Positions 1 through 9,708 of a stretch of DNA of 64,000 nucleotides are shown piece by piece (position 1 is the stretch's first letter; each line of letters opens with the position of its first letter). A model generated the notes under the pieces. It saw only the letters and a program-made list of their open reading frames with translations. It did not search any database and was not told the origin of the DNA. Location: NCBI GenBank assembly GCA_964291405.2, contig OZ219926.1, positions 864,001 to 928,000 on the forward strand, written 5' to 3'. Source of the stretch: Thermodesulfobacteriota bacterium. GTDB taxonomy: Bacteria > Desulfobacterota > Binatia > Bin18. A program made the translations under genes and the position numbers.

Positions 1-1086
1 GAACAATATCTTGATCCGCAATACCGCGAGCGGGCCATTCGGATTAAAACAGACGATGAGGGCTGGGAGTATTTTGAGTTTGATGGCAAACCGTCCCGAC
101 TATGCGAGCGCGGTTTTCCCGGCATTCTGGGCGCCATGGGCCAGCCGGATATCGTACCCGGTCCGGACCGCCGCTATATTGATGGTGCGCCGTTTGGCTC
201 AATGGACGCCAAGGAGCGCATAGAGCGGATTGATGGTGAAGGACTGGCAAAATCGATTCTCTACCCCACCATCGGCCTGTTGTGGGAGAGTGAGATCCAG
301 GACCCGGAAATATCAGCCGCCTATTGCCGAGCCTATAACCGCTGGATTGTAGACTTCTGCTCCGAGTCGGGCGGCCGCCTTATTCCCATTGCCCATCTGT
401 CTGGCACGGACGCCAACGAAGCGGCGACAGAACTGGAGCGTGCGGTCAAGGCGGGTTGCAAAGGAGCTTTTTTCGCGCCGTTTACCTGGACGAAGAAATC
501 GCATGGGCATCCAGACTACGATCCGGTCTGGGCAAAGGCGCAGGAGTTGGACGTGCCCATTGCCCTACACCCCACCTTTGAACCCATCCAGTTCATGCCC
601 CACGGGCGGTTTGAAGAACTCGTGCCAACGGAGCCGATTGACTTTAACTGGTATTTTGATGTGCTGGTCGCTCAGAATATGCAGCAGGCGTTTGTCTCGC
701 TCTTTCACCATGGGGTGTTCGAGCGCTTCCCAAAGGTGAAGGCTGTCGTGCTCGAATCCCAGGCCGGCTGGATTGGCTATTTACTCGACCGGATGGATGC
801 CGTGTTTGAGGGTCCGCTAGCCCATTCGACCCAACTCAAGGAGCGGCCCAGCTTTTATTTTCAGCGCCAGTGCTGGATTTCAGCCGACCCGGACGAAAAA
901 GCTCTGCAGAACATCATTGAATTCGTCGGGGCCGACAAATTCTTCTGGGCCTCGGACTTCCCGCATCCGGACCACAGCGACCAGTATATGCCGGCCCTGA
1001 AACGACTGGTCACACCACTCTCCGAAACGGCCCGGCAGCAGGTCATCGGGGCAAATGTGGCGGAGGTCTATAAGCTGGGACAGTAG
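1..1086 (+). CDS. Amidohydrolase_2 family protein (5'-truncated by window edge)
   Basis: Frame open from base 1 (EQYLDPQYRERAIR); motifs IALHP, LESQAGW, WASDFPHPD. Confidence 0.85.
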   Translation, partial: EQYLDPQYRERAIRIKTDDEGWEYFEFDGKPSRLCERGFPGILGAMGQPDIVPGPDRRYIDGAPFGSMDAKERIERIDGEGLAKSILYPTIGLLWESEIQDPEISAAYCRAYNRWIVDFCSESGGRLIPIAHLSGTDANEAATELERAVKAGCKGAFFAPFTWTKKSHGHPDYDPVWAKAQELDVPIALHPTFEPIQFMPHGRFEELVPTEPIDFNWYFDVLVAQNMQQAFVSLFHHGVFERFPKVKAVVLESQAGWIGYLLDRMDAVFEGPLAHSTQLKERPSFYFQRQCWISADPDEKALQNIIEFVGADKFFWASDFPHPDHSDQYMPALKRLVTPLSETARQQVIGANVAEVYKLGQ

Positions 1087-1116
1087 CTCTTGGTGGACTA
1101 ACGGAGGACGACTCAC

Positions 1117-1143
1117 AGGCCCGCAGTTATTGCGGGCCTTTTT
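1117..1143 (+). terminator. Rho-independent terminator
   Basis: AGGCCCGCA-GTTAT-TGCGGGCCT stem followed by a T-run after the amidohydrolase stop. Confidence 0.75.
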
Positions 1144-1193
1144 ACAGGAGCCCGGACCGGCCGGGCTAGACCGCTTTCCGTACACCATACCCC

Positions 1194-1925
1194 GTGCACT
1201 ACAAACTCCTGCTCGAATACGACGGGACCAACTATCATGGCTGGCAGATTCAGCCCACGGGTGCCACTGTTCAGGGGACGCTCGAAGCCGTCTTATCCCG
1301 AATTCTGAATAGGCCCATTCGCGTGCGGGTGGCTGGGCGAACAGATGCAGGGGTTCATGCGCTGGGCCAAGTGGCCACTTTTCAGTCTACCCCTTCTCTC
1401 GACCTTGTCCAGTTTCAGCACAACCTCAACTCGGTTCTGCCTTCGGATATTGCCATCCACGCAATCAGCGAGGTGTCGGACACCTTTCATCCGCGCTATG
1501 ATGCGCGCAGCAGGACCTATCAGTACCGTATATGGAACCGGCCCTACCCCTCGGCCATTCAGGCCCGCTACTCGTGGTATATCCCCTATCCTTTGGACCA
1601 GGAGGCAATGAATGCCGCCGCGACCCTGCTCATCGGACATCATAATTTTGCGTCTTTTCAGGGAGCGGACTCCGTAGAACGCACACCGTGGCGCACAGTG
1701 ATGCACAGTGCCGTCTGTCGCGAGCACGATTTTCTCATGTATACTGTCGAAGCCCGGTCATTTCTGCGCCATATGGTCAGAAATATTGTGGGCACCCTAG
1801 TAGATGTCGGTCGAGGCGCTTTGAGCACAGACGAATTTGCCGCGGTCTTTGCGGCGCACGACCGCTCTCGGGCCGGACTGAACGCACCGCCGCAGGGCTT
1901 ATTCCTGGTTGCCGTCCGCTATTAA
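1194..1925 (+). CDS. truA: tRNA pseudouridine(38-40) synthase
   Basis: YDGTNYHGWQ, AGRTDAGVHA catalytic Asp motif, FLRHMVRNIVG. Confidence 0.95.
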   Translation: MHYKLLLEYDGTNYHGWQIQPTGATVQGTLEAVLSRILNRPIRVRVAGRTDAGVHALGQVATFQSTPSLDLVQFQHNLNSVLPSDIAIHAISEVSDTFHPRYDARSRTYQYRIWNRPYPSAIQARYSWYIPYPLDQEAMNAAATLLIGHHNFASFQGADSVERTPWRTVMHSAVCREHDFLMYTVEARSFLRHMVRNIVGTLVDVGRGALSTDEFAAVFAAHDRSRAGLNAPPQGLFLVAVRY

Positions 1926-1939
1926 AAAGGCAGACACCT

Positions 1940-2704
1940 ATGGGACTTCTCCAGGATATCGCAGCAGCTCTCGCCCCCGTCGGGCTCAACCTCATCGGGA
2001 CAACGCCGAGGTCTGACTATGAGGCCCTGGTTCCGCCGCGGTATCATATCAAGCAGCAGTTTCCTGAGACCGAGACTGTCGTTGTTATTGGGAATGGCGG
2101 TGGAGAATTTTGGAACCACTTCCGGGAGTATACCGAGGTACGGCCAGACTATCTCCAGCAGCATGAACATCCGCTGGACGACTACACCGTCGAAGTGATA
2201 AGGGCGCGGCTTACGCCGCTTTTAGACACGGCCCGCGCTCAGTATCGCCTTATCTATCCGTTTCAGTTTTTCAGCGGCCTGACCGTATCCTTCATGCATC
2301 TGGCGCAGGCTGCGCGGCTGTCAGTGCCCAGTATCCTTGGCGTCCAAATCCATCCCCGGTATGGGCCCTGGATAGCCTGGCGCGCCGCGGTCTTGATTGA
2401 TTACGACTTATCAGCGCCCTCGGCCCCGGCCCAAGACTTTGATCCGTGTTCCACCTGCGTGGAGCGGCCCTGTATAGCCGCCTGTCCGACCCAGGCCGTC
2501 AGCGCCGCACAAGGCTGGGACCTGCTTGCCTGTACGCAGTATCGTCTGCACGTCCCGACCGATTGCGCTGAGCGCTGTCACGCCCGGTACATCTGCGTCT
2601 ACGGCCGTGAGCATCGCTATCCTGAGGACGAACTCGCCTATCATCAGCGTCTCAGCCTTGCCACAGCGCAGGCGTACTTCAGGAAGTCCGAGGGGGCAAG
2701 CTAG
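1940..2704 (+). CDS. Fe-S protein with CblC/QueG-like region ('ferredoxin')
   Basis: ATG at 1940; HPLDDY, IHPRYGPWIAWRA, C-terminal CxxCxxxxCxxxCP and further Cys. Confidence 0.6.
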   Translation: MGLLQDIAAALAPVGLNLIGTTPRSDYEALVPPRYHIKQQFPETETVVVIGNGGGEFWNHFREYTEVRPDYLQQHEHPLDDYTVEVIRARLTPLLDTARAQYRLIYPFQFFSGLTVSFMHLAQAARLSVPSILGVQIHPRYGPWIAWRAAVLIDYDLSAPSAPAQDFDPCSTCVERPCIAACPTQAVSAAQGWDLLACTQYRLHVPTDCAERCHARYICVYGREHRYPEDELAYHQRLSLATAQAYFRKSEGAS

Positions 2705-3225
2705 TCGTTTGGCCGCAAATTTCCCTGCTCATCGAGCCTGAGATTCGTCTGCTTGGCCTGCTCAAGCACTTTCGGAGCCCAGGCCACATGACCGGCATCG
2801 GTTCCGCCTAGAATGGCCATCAGATGCGCGTCTGAATCGCCGACATTTTTGAATCCGCGCATCACGCCGGGCGGGACTGAGACCGTATCCCAGGCATCCA
2901 GGATCACTTCCTGTTCACCCTCATCTCCCCAATAGATGGACCATTTCCCCGACAGCGGGATGAACACTTCAACCGTACTGTGACTGTGCAGCGCCGCGCC
3001 TTTGCCCGGACTCGCACCCACATAGGTGACGTTAAAGTCCTGAACCGCGGTAATCGCAGGGTTGAGGTTCGTATCCTCGGTCACACCTCGGCCAATCACA
3101 TTATAGATGTCCCGTTCATGGCCCGGGATCTCACTATCAAGAAATGCCTGCGGGCTGGACTGAAGCTCTTTGAAACGGGCAACGCGTTCGAGCATCGCTT
3201 CTTTTGAAACGTGAGTGTTTGCCAT
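2701..3225 (-). CDS. Cupin domain protein
   Basis: GAALHSHSTVEVF and VSVPPGVMRGF cupin motifs. Confidence 0.8.
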   Translation of the reverse strand: MANTHVSKEAMLERVARFKELQSSPQAFLDSEIPGHERDIYNVIGRGVTEDTNLNPAITAVQDFNVTYVGASPGKGAALHSHSTVEVFIPLSGKWSIYWGDEGEQEVILDAWDTVSVPPGVMRGFKNVGDSDAHLMAILGGTDAGHVAWAPKVLEQAKQTNLRLDEQGNLRPND

Positions 3226-3384
3226 TGGTCCCTCCTTAGCGGTCTTCTGCCGTGATTCTTCTTCCTTACCTCGGCCTGACCGGGAGGTGCAAGAGTTGAG
3301 TGGAATAATTGGAAGCAGACCCTATCCACCTCCCCAGAGAGAAGGTCGCTTGCATGGACGGGGAGAATCCAGTAAGCGCAGGGC

Positions 3385-4128
3385 ATGGCGACAAAGAACG
3401 GACGCGGCCGGGGGAGAAAGAGCAAACGTCCCCTCCCGTCGGACAAAAAAGCTGGGGATACTCACTCTTTTAAGCAGGCTCTGCGCGAAGAGGCAATTCT
3501 CCAAGCCGCGGCAGACTGTTTCGGCGAACAGGGCTACCGGGCAACGACGCTCGAAACCATTGCCGAGCGCTTGGGGATCTCCCGCGTCACCCTGTATCGT
3601 TACTGTCCGAGTAAAGAAGAGTTGCTGATTCGGGTGTTTGAGCGTTCTATTGCTATTTTTCAGCGCGACCTGCGGCAGATTTGTTCTCAGCCCATCGCGC
3701 CCGAGGAGAAACTACGGCAGATTATCCGGCATCAGGTCCGCCTCATGGCTGACCACCGCAACTTTTTGACGGTTTTTTTTAGTGAAGAGAGTCATCTGCC
3801 CCAGGAGATTGCCAAACGGGCACGCGCCGAACGACGGGTATACGACGGGCTTATTGAGGATGTGATTGCTGCGGGTGTCAAGGCTGGCCGCCTCGCCCCG
3901 CTTCCGGCCAAGCTGGTGTCGTTTGCTATTCTCGGCATGTGCAACTGGCTGTATCAGTGGTACCAACCTGAAGGACCGCTCTCCGCCGATGAGGTTGCCC
4001 GCAATTTTATCCAGTTGGTCGAGCAGGGCTATCTGCGTGCCGATCCGCAACAGGAAATTCTTCAGCGTTTAGAGAGAATGGAATCCGCACTGTCGAACCT
4101 GCGGGACGCTCGGCAATCGGACGGGTAG
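3385..4128 (+). CDS. TetR/AcrR family regulator (KstR2-like C-terminus)
   Basis: HTH TLETIAERLGISRVTLYRY; ILGMCNWLYQWY. Confidence 0.9.
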   Translation: MATKNGRGRGRKSKRPLPSDKKAGDTHSFKQALREEAILQAAADCFGEQGYRATTLETIAERLGISRVTLYRYCPSKEELLIRVFERSIAIFQRDLRQICSQPIAPEEKLRQIIRHQVRLMADHRNFLTVFFSEESHLPQEIAKRARAERRVYDGLIEDVIAAGVKAGRLAPLPAKLVSFAILGMCNWLYQWYQPEGPLSADEVARNFIQLVEQGYLRADPQQEILQRLERMESALSNLRDARQSDG

Positions 4129-4130
4129 GT

Positions 4131-4625
4131 CTACTCGCCACCCCGCACGGGAATCGGAGAGTTGCACCAGCGGCCGCCAGCTTCGTCATAATGCGCCCAC
4201 CACCGCCGACCGTTTTTGCGAAAGAGTTTGAATGAACAGCCATGATCGTCACACCACGGCGGGCTGGGTTCGGTCTGGGGTGGAGGAGGAATAGGCTGCT
4301 GGGACTGGGGACGTGGCTGCTGGTGCTGGGGCCGTTGAGCGGGCTTCATTTTTGGCTGGCGAGGGGTAAAACCCATGGCTTCGAGCTCGACGATCACGGC
4401 GGCCATACCGCCGGCACCATCAACCGGCATCTCCAGACGGCACTCATAGCCCTCGGGGCTGATGCACCAGACCTCGCACGTCCCCATTGTCACCTGCGGG
4501 CTTGGCACCGGCAGAGGGGACTCTTCCGGCGGGGCATCCCCAGGACTTTCGCCAGGCCACTCCTCATCCCAAGCGGGCGAAGCCGGGAAGGAGGGGACAA
4601 ATCGTTTGGATGATTTACGCTCCAT
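4131..4625 (-). CDS. Hypothetical Pro-rich protein with C-terminal C/H/H/C motif
   Basis: ATG overlapping the metE 3' end; WCDDH...WWAHY...RWCN; fills the gap exactly to the TetR stop. Confidence 0.55.
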   Translation of the reverse strand: MERKSSKRFVPSFPASPAWDEEWPGESPGDAPPEESPLPVPSPQVTMGTCEVWCISPEGYECRLEMPVDGAGGMAAVIVELEAMGFTPRQPKMKPAQRPQHQQPRPQSQQPIPPPPQTEPSPPWCDDHGCSFKLFRKNGRRWWAHYDEAGGRWCNSPIPVRGGE

Positions 4626-5667
4626 TGACCTCTCGTCGGACAAGCTGGGCTCCTGCCACCAGGGCTCTCAGCTTGGCTCGGGCTAAATTCCGGGACGACG
4701 CAGAAAAACCACAATCGCAGGTCAGGTAGAGCTTTTCCGGATTCACATGTTCAAGCGTCAGACGGATACGTTCGGCCACATCTTCCGCCGTCTCCAGGTA
4801 CATAGATTTCACATCAATGACCCCAGCCGCAAACTCACGCTCATCACCGTACTGGCTCCAGAGTGCCAGCTCGGCCATTTCTCGATTCGCAAATTCCAAG
4901 GCGAATTGATCAACCTTGACGTCAAGAATACCGGGGAACAGCGGTTTATACGTCCGCTTCATGGCCGGCCGACCCTGATTATTACCAAAGCAAATGTGCA
5001 GGGCGATTTTGGCCTCCACACCCTCCAGGGTGGTATTGAACAGCTTCACTGTTTCTTCCATGGACAAGGCTGGCTCCCGGCCCACGGCGGATGGTTCGTC
5101 AAGTTGAATAAAGGTCGCACCAGCCGCAACAACACCACGGAGTTCCCTATTCACCAACTCTGCCAAGTCGTACAGGAGCGGCAGATAGTCGTCCTGTGGA
5201 TAACCAGCCTTAAGCCGGATGGGCATGGCAATCGTGAGCGGACCGGGACAGCAGACTTTGAGCGGTCTATCGGTTTGGGCTCGGACAAAGGTAAATTCGT
5301 CAACCAACCCGAAGCCGTCAGGGGCGCTGACCCGTTCGGTTGTCTCAAAACGCGGCGCACTATCATAGCTCATGATACCGAGCTTGCGTTGCGCACGGAC
5401 CATATTGAGGCCGGATAATTTTTCGACCACGTTCCACAGAAAGCGCTGACGACGAATCTCACCATCGGTCAGAATGTCTAGGCCGGCTTCTTCTTGGTCC
5501 CAGACGGCCATTTTTACTGCATCTTGAATGGCTTCTTCGACATCTGCCGGACCGGCAGTCCCGGCTCGGAGGGCCCTTCTGGTGGCAATCAACCACGATG
5601 GTGAGGCATAGGAGCCAACGCCCATTGTGGGGAAAAGCCCAAGATCGGTGCCATTGAGGGTCGGCAT
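4615..5667 (-). CDS. Cobalamin-independent methionine synthase II family (single-domain MetE)
   Basis: VGSY, LTDGEIRR, Zn ligands HICFGN and TCDCGF. Confidence 0.88.
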   Translation of the reverse strand: MPTLNGTDLGLFPTMGVGSYASPSWLIATRRALRAGTAGPADVEEAIQDAVKMAVWDQEEAGLDILTDGEIRRQRFLWNVVEKLSGLNMVRAQRKLGIMSYDSAPRFETTERVSAPDGFGLVDEFTFVRAQTDRPLKVCCPGPLTIAMPIRLKAGYPQDDYLPLLYDLAELVNRELRGVVAAGATFIQLDEPSAVGREPALSMEETVKLFNTTLEGVEAKIALHICFGNNQGRPAMKRTYKPLFPGILDVKVDQFALEFANREMAELALWSQYGDEREFAAGVIDVKSMYLETAEDVAERIRLTLEHVNPEKLYLTCDCGFSASSRNLARAKLRALVAGAQLVRREVNGA

Positions 5668-5686
5668 GACTACTTTCCTGTTCTTC

Positions 5687-6574
5687 CTATAACGCCTCTG
5701 GAAAGAGGGCGAGCAACTCCGTCCCGTCCGGGGTCTGCCACGCCCCGCGAACCATATAGGTCTGGAGGGTTTCCACCCGAAAGCCCACGGCGAGCAACTC
5801 TCGTAATAATGTTGCGTGCCGCGTAGGAAAACGCATACGCAGGGCCTTTCCCTGTTCGCGCTCCGCCGCGGACAGAATCAGTGCGCGTAAGACCGACGGT
5901 TGCGTTGCTGCAGCGGGACCAAAAAACGTCCCTGCCTCTGTGCGAAGAAAACACAGGTAACCCACGAGTTGCCCCTGAACGAGGGCGGCAATATGCGGCG
6001 GCTGGGCGTGGAAAAACCGCATATCCTGTTTACGCGCGATACCGGTTAAGCACGTATCCAATGCAGCCAAGTGTTCGATATCCTCCGTCACCCACTCCCG
6101 GATTTCAACATCCCCCGGAACGTCTGCCTGAATGCGCTGCCCAACCAATGAAGCAATAGTGCCGCGCGCCTCAAAACCAAGCGTGCTATACAATGGAAAG
6201 GACACCACGTTAAAGGCGTCTTGCACCAGCCGGAGCGAAGGACACACTCCCCCCGCCTCAATCACGGCCCGCATCAGTGCGCGTCCGGCACCTTGGGCTT
6301 GGGCGCTCGGATCAATAGTAATAGGGCCAATCCCGGCCGTATCGCCCCGAAGATGGATGAAACCGGACCCAACGATCTGTCCATCCTGGAGCGCGGTGAA
6401 ACACTCGTTTGGCTCAAGCCGTGCATACCCTTGTGCGATGGATGTTCCGGCAGCCAGCGACGGAAATGGCTCAGGATAGCCATGGCGGCGAAAGAGGTCA
6501 TTGAAGGCGGCAACCATGACTGCCCCAACGCGAGGAATATCTTCCTCTAACATGTGGCGAATCGTCACGGTCAT
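5687..6574 (-). CDS. GNAT N-acetyltransferase (tandem domain)
   Basis: IGPITIDPSAQAQGAGRALM acetyl-CoA motif, LYSTLGF. Confidence 0.8.
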   Translation of the reverse strand: MTVTIRHMLEEDIPRVGAVMVAAFNDLFRRHGYPEPFPSLAAGTSIAQGYARLEPNECFTALQDGQIVGSGFIHLRGDTAGIGPITIDPSAQAQGAGRALMRAVIEAGGVCPSLRLVQDAFNVVSFPLYSTLGFEARGTIASLVGQRIQADVPGDVEIREWVTEDIEHLAALDTCLTGIARKQDMRFFHAQPPHIAALVQGQLVGYLCFLRTEAGTFFGPAAATQPSVLRALILSAAEREQGKALRMRFPTRHATLLRELLAVGFRVETLQTYMVRGAWQTPDGTELLALFPEAL

Positions 6575-6798
6575 TACGCCCCCTCTTCCCTTCCCCTACC
6601 TGCCGACACCTGTAAAGAGTGGTGTATTGCAGCGTTGTAACAAAAAACTTTCCTGCTGTCTGCCCACGAGCGAATATTTTCTGGATAGGCGCCCGCGTGA
6701 AGGGGACAAGGCCGGCCTGACTTTTCCCACCTGTCTGAGCGTGGTACCGTAGCCGAAATTTTTTTATCATCAGCAAGAACAGCCAAGAGAGGAAGTGT

Positions 6799-8016
6799 AT
6801 GGAAGCCTGTGGTGAGTTATCCCCGCCTCCCAGAACCTTGTTAGGTCCCGGTCCGAGCAACGTCCATCCTCGGGTGCTGCGTGCCCTGTCCACCCCGCTT
6901 GTTGGTCATCTTGATCCTGAGTTTATTCAGCTGATGGAAGAGACCAAGGCACTCCTCCGGTTTGTCTTTCAAACATCAAACCCCCTCACCCTCCCGATTT
7001 CGGGGACCGGCAGCGCTGGCATGGAAACCTGCTTTGTGAATATGGTCGAGCCTGGAGACGAGGTCGTCATCGGCGTCAACGGCGTATTCGGCACCCGCAT
7101 GGTCGATGTCGTGAAACGCTGCGGCGGAACACCCGTTATCATGGAAGCCCCCTGGGGATCCGTCTTTAACCCGGACGATGTCCGTGCGGCCCTCAAGCGC
7201 TGCACTCGACCAAAGTTGGTGGCGCTCGTCAATGCCGAAACGTCAACCGGAGCCTGGCAGCCTTTGGCAGACATTGCTCCGCTCGTCCACGAAGCAGGGG
7301 CGCTGTTTCTGGTTGATGCGGTCACGTCGCTCGGCGGCTGCCCCCTCAAAATAGACGAATGGCAGATTGATGTCTGTTATAGCGGGACCCAGAAGTGCCT
7401 GAGCTGTCCGCCCGGCCTCTCGCCCGTCACCTTTAGTCCGGCCGCCCAAGAGGTCATACGGAACCGCAAGCACAAGGTTCAGAGCTGGTATCTGGACCTG
7501 AGCCTGCTTGAGCAATATTGGGGTGAGGAGCGCGTGTACCACCACACCGCCCCTATCTCGATGAACTACGCCCTGTGGGAGGCCTTACAGCTGATTTCCG
7601 AAGAAGGCTTAGCCGCACGATTTCGTCGCCACGAGAATAATCATCTAGCCCTCGCTGCCGGCCTCAACGCACTGGGGATGCGGCTTGTCGCTCAGGAAGG
7701 CGCCCGCCTCTGGATGCTCAACAGCGTCGCCATCCCCGATGGCATTGACGACGCAACCGTTCGCAAGCACCTCCTCGCTGAGTACAATATCGAGATTGGT
7801 TCCGGCTTGGGAGTGTTCGCCGGAAAAGTCTGGCGTATTGGTCTGATGGGAGAATCCAGCACCCGTAGTAATGTTCTGCTTGTTTTAAGCGCACTGGAGG
7901 CCGTATTACAGCAAAATGGTCATGCCTGTGCAGCCGGGGCTGGCGTCAGCGCGGCGCAAGAAGTCTACGCGACGCGGGAATCCGGAGCGCGCCTCAATCA
8001 GCATGAGGCACGGTAA
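6799..8016 (+). CDS. Alanine-glyoxylate/serine-pyruvate aminotransferase (class V PLP)
   Basis: LLGPGPS, SGTGSAGME, SGTQKCL (PLP Lys), YHHTAP. Confidence 0.92.
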   Translation: MEACGELSPPPRTLLGPGPSNVHPRVLRALSTPLVGHLDPEFIQLMEETKALLRFVFQTSNPLTLPISGTGSAGMETCFVNMVEPGDEVVIGVNGVFGTRMVDVVKRCGGTPVIMEAPWGSVFNPDDVRAALKRCTRPKLVALVNAETSTGAWQPLADIAPLVHEAGALFLVDAVTSLGGCPLKIDEWQIDVCYSGTQKCLSCPPGLSPVTFSPAAQEVIRNRKHKVQSWYLDLSLLEQYWGEERVYHHTAPISMNYALWEALQLISEEGLAARFRRHENNHLALAAGLNALGMRLVAQEGARLWMLNSVAIPDGIDDATVRKHLLAEYNIEIGSGLGVFAGKVWRIGLMGESSTRSNVLLVLSALEAVLQQNGHACAAGAGVSAAQEVYATRESGARLNQHEAR

Positions 8017-8082
8017 AAAGGCTCACCAGGACAGCCGGCAGCCCGCCGGTGTGATATGATGTAAGAGAAGCGCCGAGGAATA

Positions 8083-9231
8083 ATGCGAGCGTCCGTTAGC
8101 CCTCTTGTCTTGCTGTGTTTTTTTGTTCTCCTGCTGCCGGTGACAGACAGCCGGGCTGGGCCGACACTCACCCTGCTGTCCGCCGATCAGATCCCCCCCC
8201 TAGTGGACGATCTTGACCGCAGATCTCTCAAAGCCGTGCTCCAACAGAGCCTCGCAGCCCTGGAGCAGAAGCCGGACTCCCAAGCATTTCCCTTTGGACG
8301 GAAACAGGTCAGCGTCGGCCGGGTCCGGGGCAGTCTCAGCGCATTTCTTGCACTGCTTGACCAGCATGAAGACCTCGCCATGGAGGTCCAGCGAGAATTC
8401 GACCTCTATCGTGCGACCGTCCCTGTGCTTTTCACTGCCTACCACGAACCCGAACTACAGGGTAGTTTTATCCGAACCGAGCGTTATCGCTACCCTTTGT
8501 ATCGTCCTCCCACTGACTTAGTAAAAGTTGACGCCTCCCGATTTACGACCCAGCGGTTTCCGCAAGACATGTACGGTCGCGTCGCAAACGGGCGACTCGT
8601 CCCCTATTTCTCCCGGGCTCAGATTGATGGACAGCGTATTCTCGGGCCTCAGCACAGAGAAATCGTCTGGCTTAATGACCCGGTTGAGCGCTTTTTTCTC
8701 CATATTCAAGGCTCAGGGAGAATTCGGCTGCCGGACGGTGCCTGGTTTCGGGTCGGCTATGCGGCTTCAAACGGCTGGCCGTATCGGAGCATTGGCAAAC
8801 TGCTCCTCAGTCAAGGAAAACTCCAGTCCGGAGAGGCGTCGGCCCAGGGCATCCGCCACTATCTGCGGCAGTATCCAGCCGAACAAGATCGGATATTGTT
8901 CCATAATAGTCGTTATATTTTCTTTCGGGTTGTCTCTGCCGGGCCGCTAGGCAGCTTGGGCGTCCCGCTGACACCGGGCCGTTCGATTGCGGTCGACCCG
9001 AACTGGTATCCGCCGGGCGCGCTCGGCTTTATCCGTGCCACGAAGCCTCACCTGGAGGAGAACGGGCAGGTTTCGTGGCAACCCTTTTCACGTTTTGTGG
9101 CTCTGCAAGATCGCGGCGCCGCCATTACCGGTCCCGGACGTGCGGATATCTATTGGGGGAGTGGACCACAACCAGAGGCCGGCCTGATGGCCCAACGCGG
9201 CGAACTGTATATTTTTCTCAAAAAGTCGTAG
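8083..9231 (+). CDS. mltA: Lytic murein transglycosylase A
   Basis: Signal peptide; FTAYHEP, HIQGSG, SIAVD, QDRGAAITGPGRADIYWG. Confidence 0.9.
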   Translation: MRASVSPLVLLCFFVLLLPVTDSRAGPTLTLLSADQIPPLVDDLDRRSLKAVLQQSLAALEQKPDSQAFPFGRKQVSVGRVRGSLSAFLALLDQHEDLAMEVQREFDLYRATVPVLFTAYHEPELQGSFIRTERYRYPLYRPPTDLVKVDASRFTTQRFPQDMYGRVANGRLVPYFSRAQIDGQRILGPQHREIVWLNDPVERFFLHIQGSGRIRLPDGAWFRVGYAASNGWPYRSIGKLLLSQGKLQSGEASAQGIRHYLRQYPAEQDRILFHNSRYIFFRVVSAGPLGSLGVPLTPGRSIAVDPNWYPPGALGFIRATKPHLEENGQVSWQPFSRFVALQDRGAAITGPGRADIYWGSGPQPEAGLMAQRGELYIFLKKS

Positions 9232-9296
9232 CTCCCCTACTCAACGCGAACCAGATTTGTCACAATACGCACACCCCTGCGGTAGGACAGACATCT

Positions 9297-9707
9297 ATGG
9301 CCTCTGAGGCAAAAATCTCCCACTCCGGCCTGCGACATATTGCCCTGAATGTGGCGGATGTTGTCGTTTCGGTTGAGTTTTACACGACCCTGTTCGGCAT
9401 GCAGGTCGTCTGGCAGCCCGATCCAGACAATGCCTACCTCTCCTCGGGCTGTGACAATCTGGCCCTGCATAAGGCGACACCCCGACGCGGTCGAGCGGGG
9501 CAACGTCTCGACCACGTCGGATTTATTGTTCCGCGGAGCGACGATGTCGACCGAGCCGCCAAGATACTAGAGACGCACGATGTCCCCATCGTCAAACCAG
9601 TCCAGACCCATCGGGATGGCAGCCGCTCCCTGTACTGTGCCGACCCGGATGGCACGATTATCCAAATTCTGTATGAGCCCACCCTCAGCCAACAGCGCGT
9701 CACATGA
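9297..9707 (+). CDS. VOC/glyoxalase family protein
   Basis: GLRHIALNV, LDHVGF, SLYCADPDG. Confidence 0.85.
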   Translation: MASEAKISHSGLRHIALNVADVVVSVEFYTTLFGMQVVWQPDPDNAYLSSGCDNLALHKATPRRGRAGQRLDHVGFIVPRSDDVDRAAKILETHDVPIVKPVQTHRDGSRSLYCADPDGTIIQILYEPTLSQQRVT

Positions 9708-9708
9708 A

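Noticed and set aside
2701-2704. CTAG shared by two convergent TAG stops, as a possible element
   Set aside because: No element ends adjacent; at most an empty potential target site.
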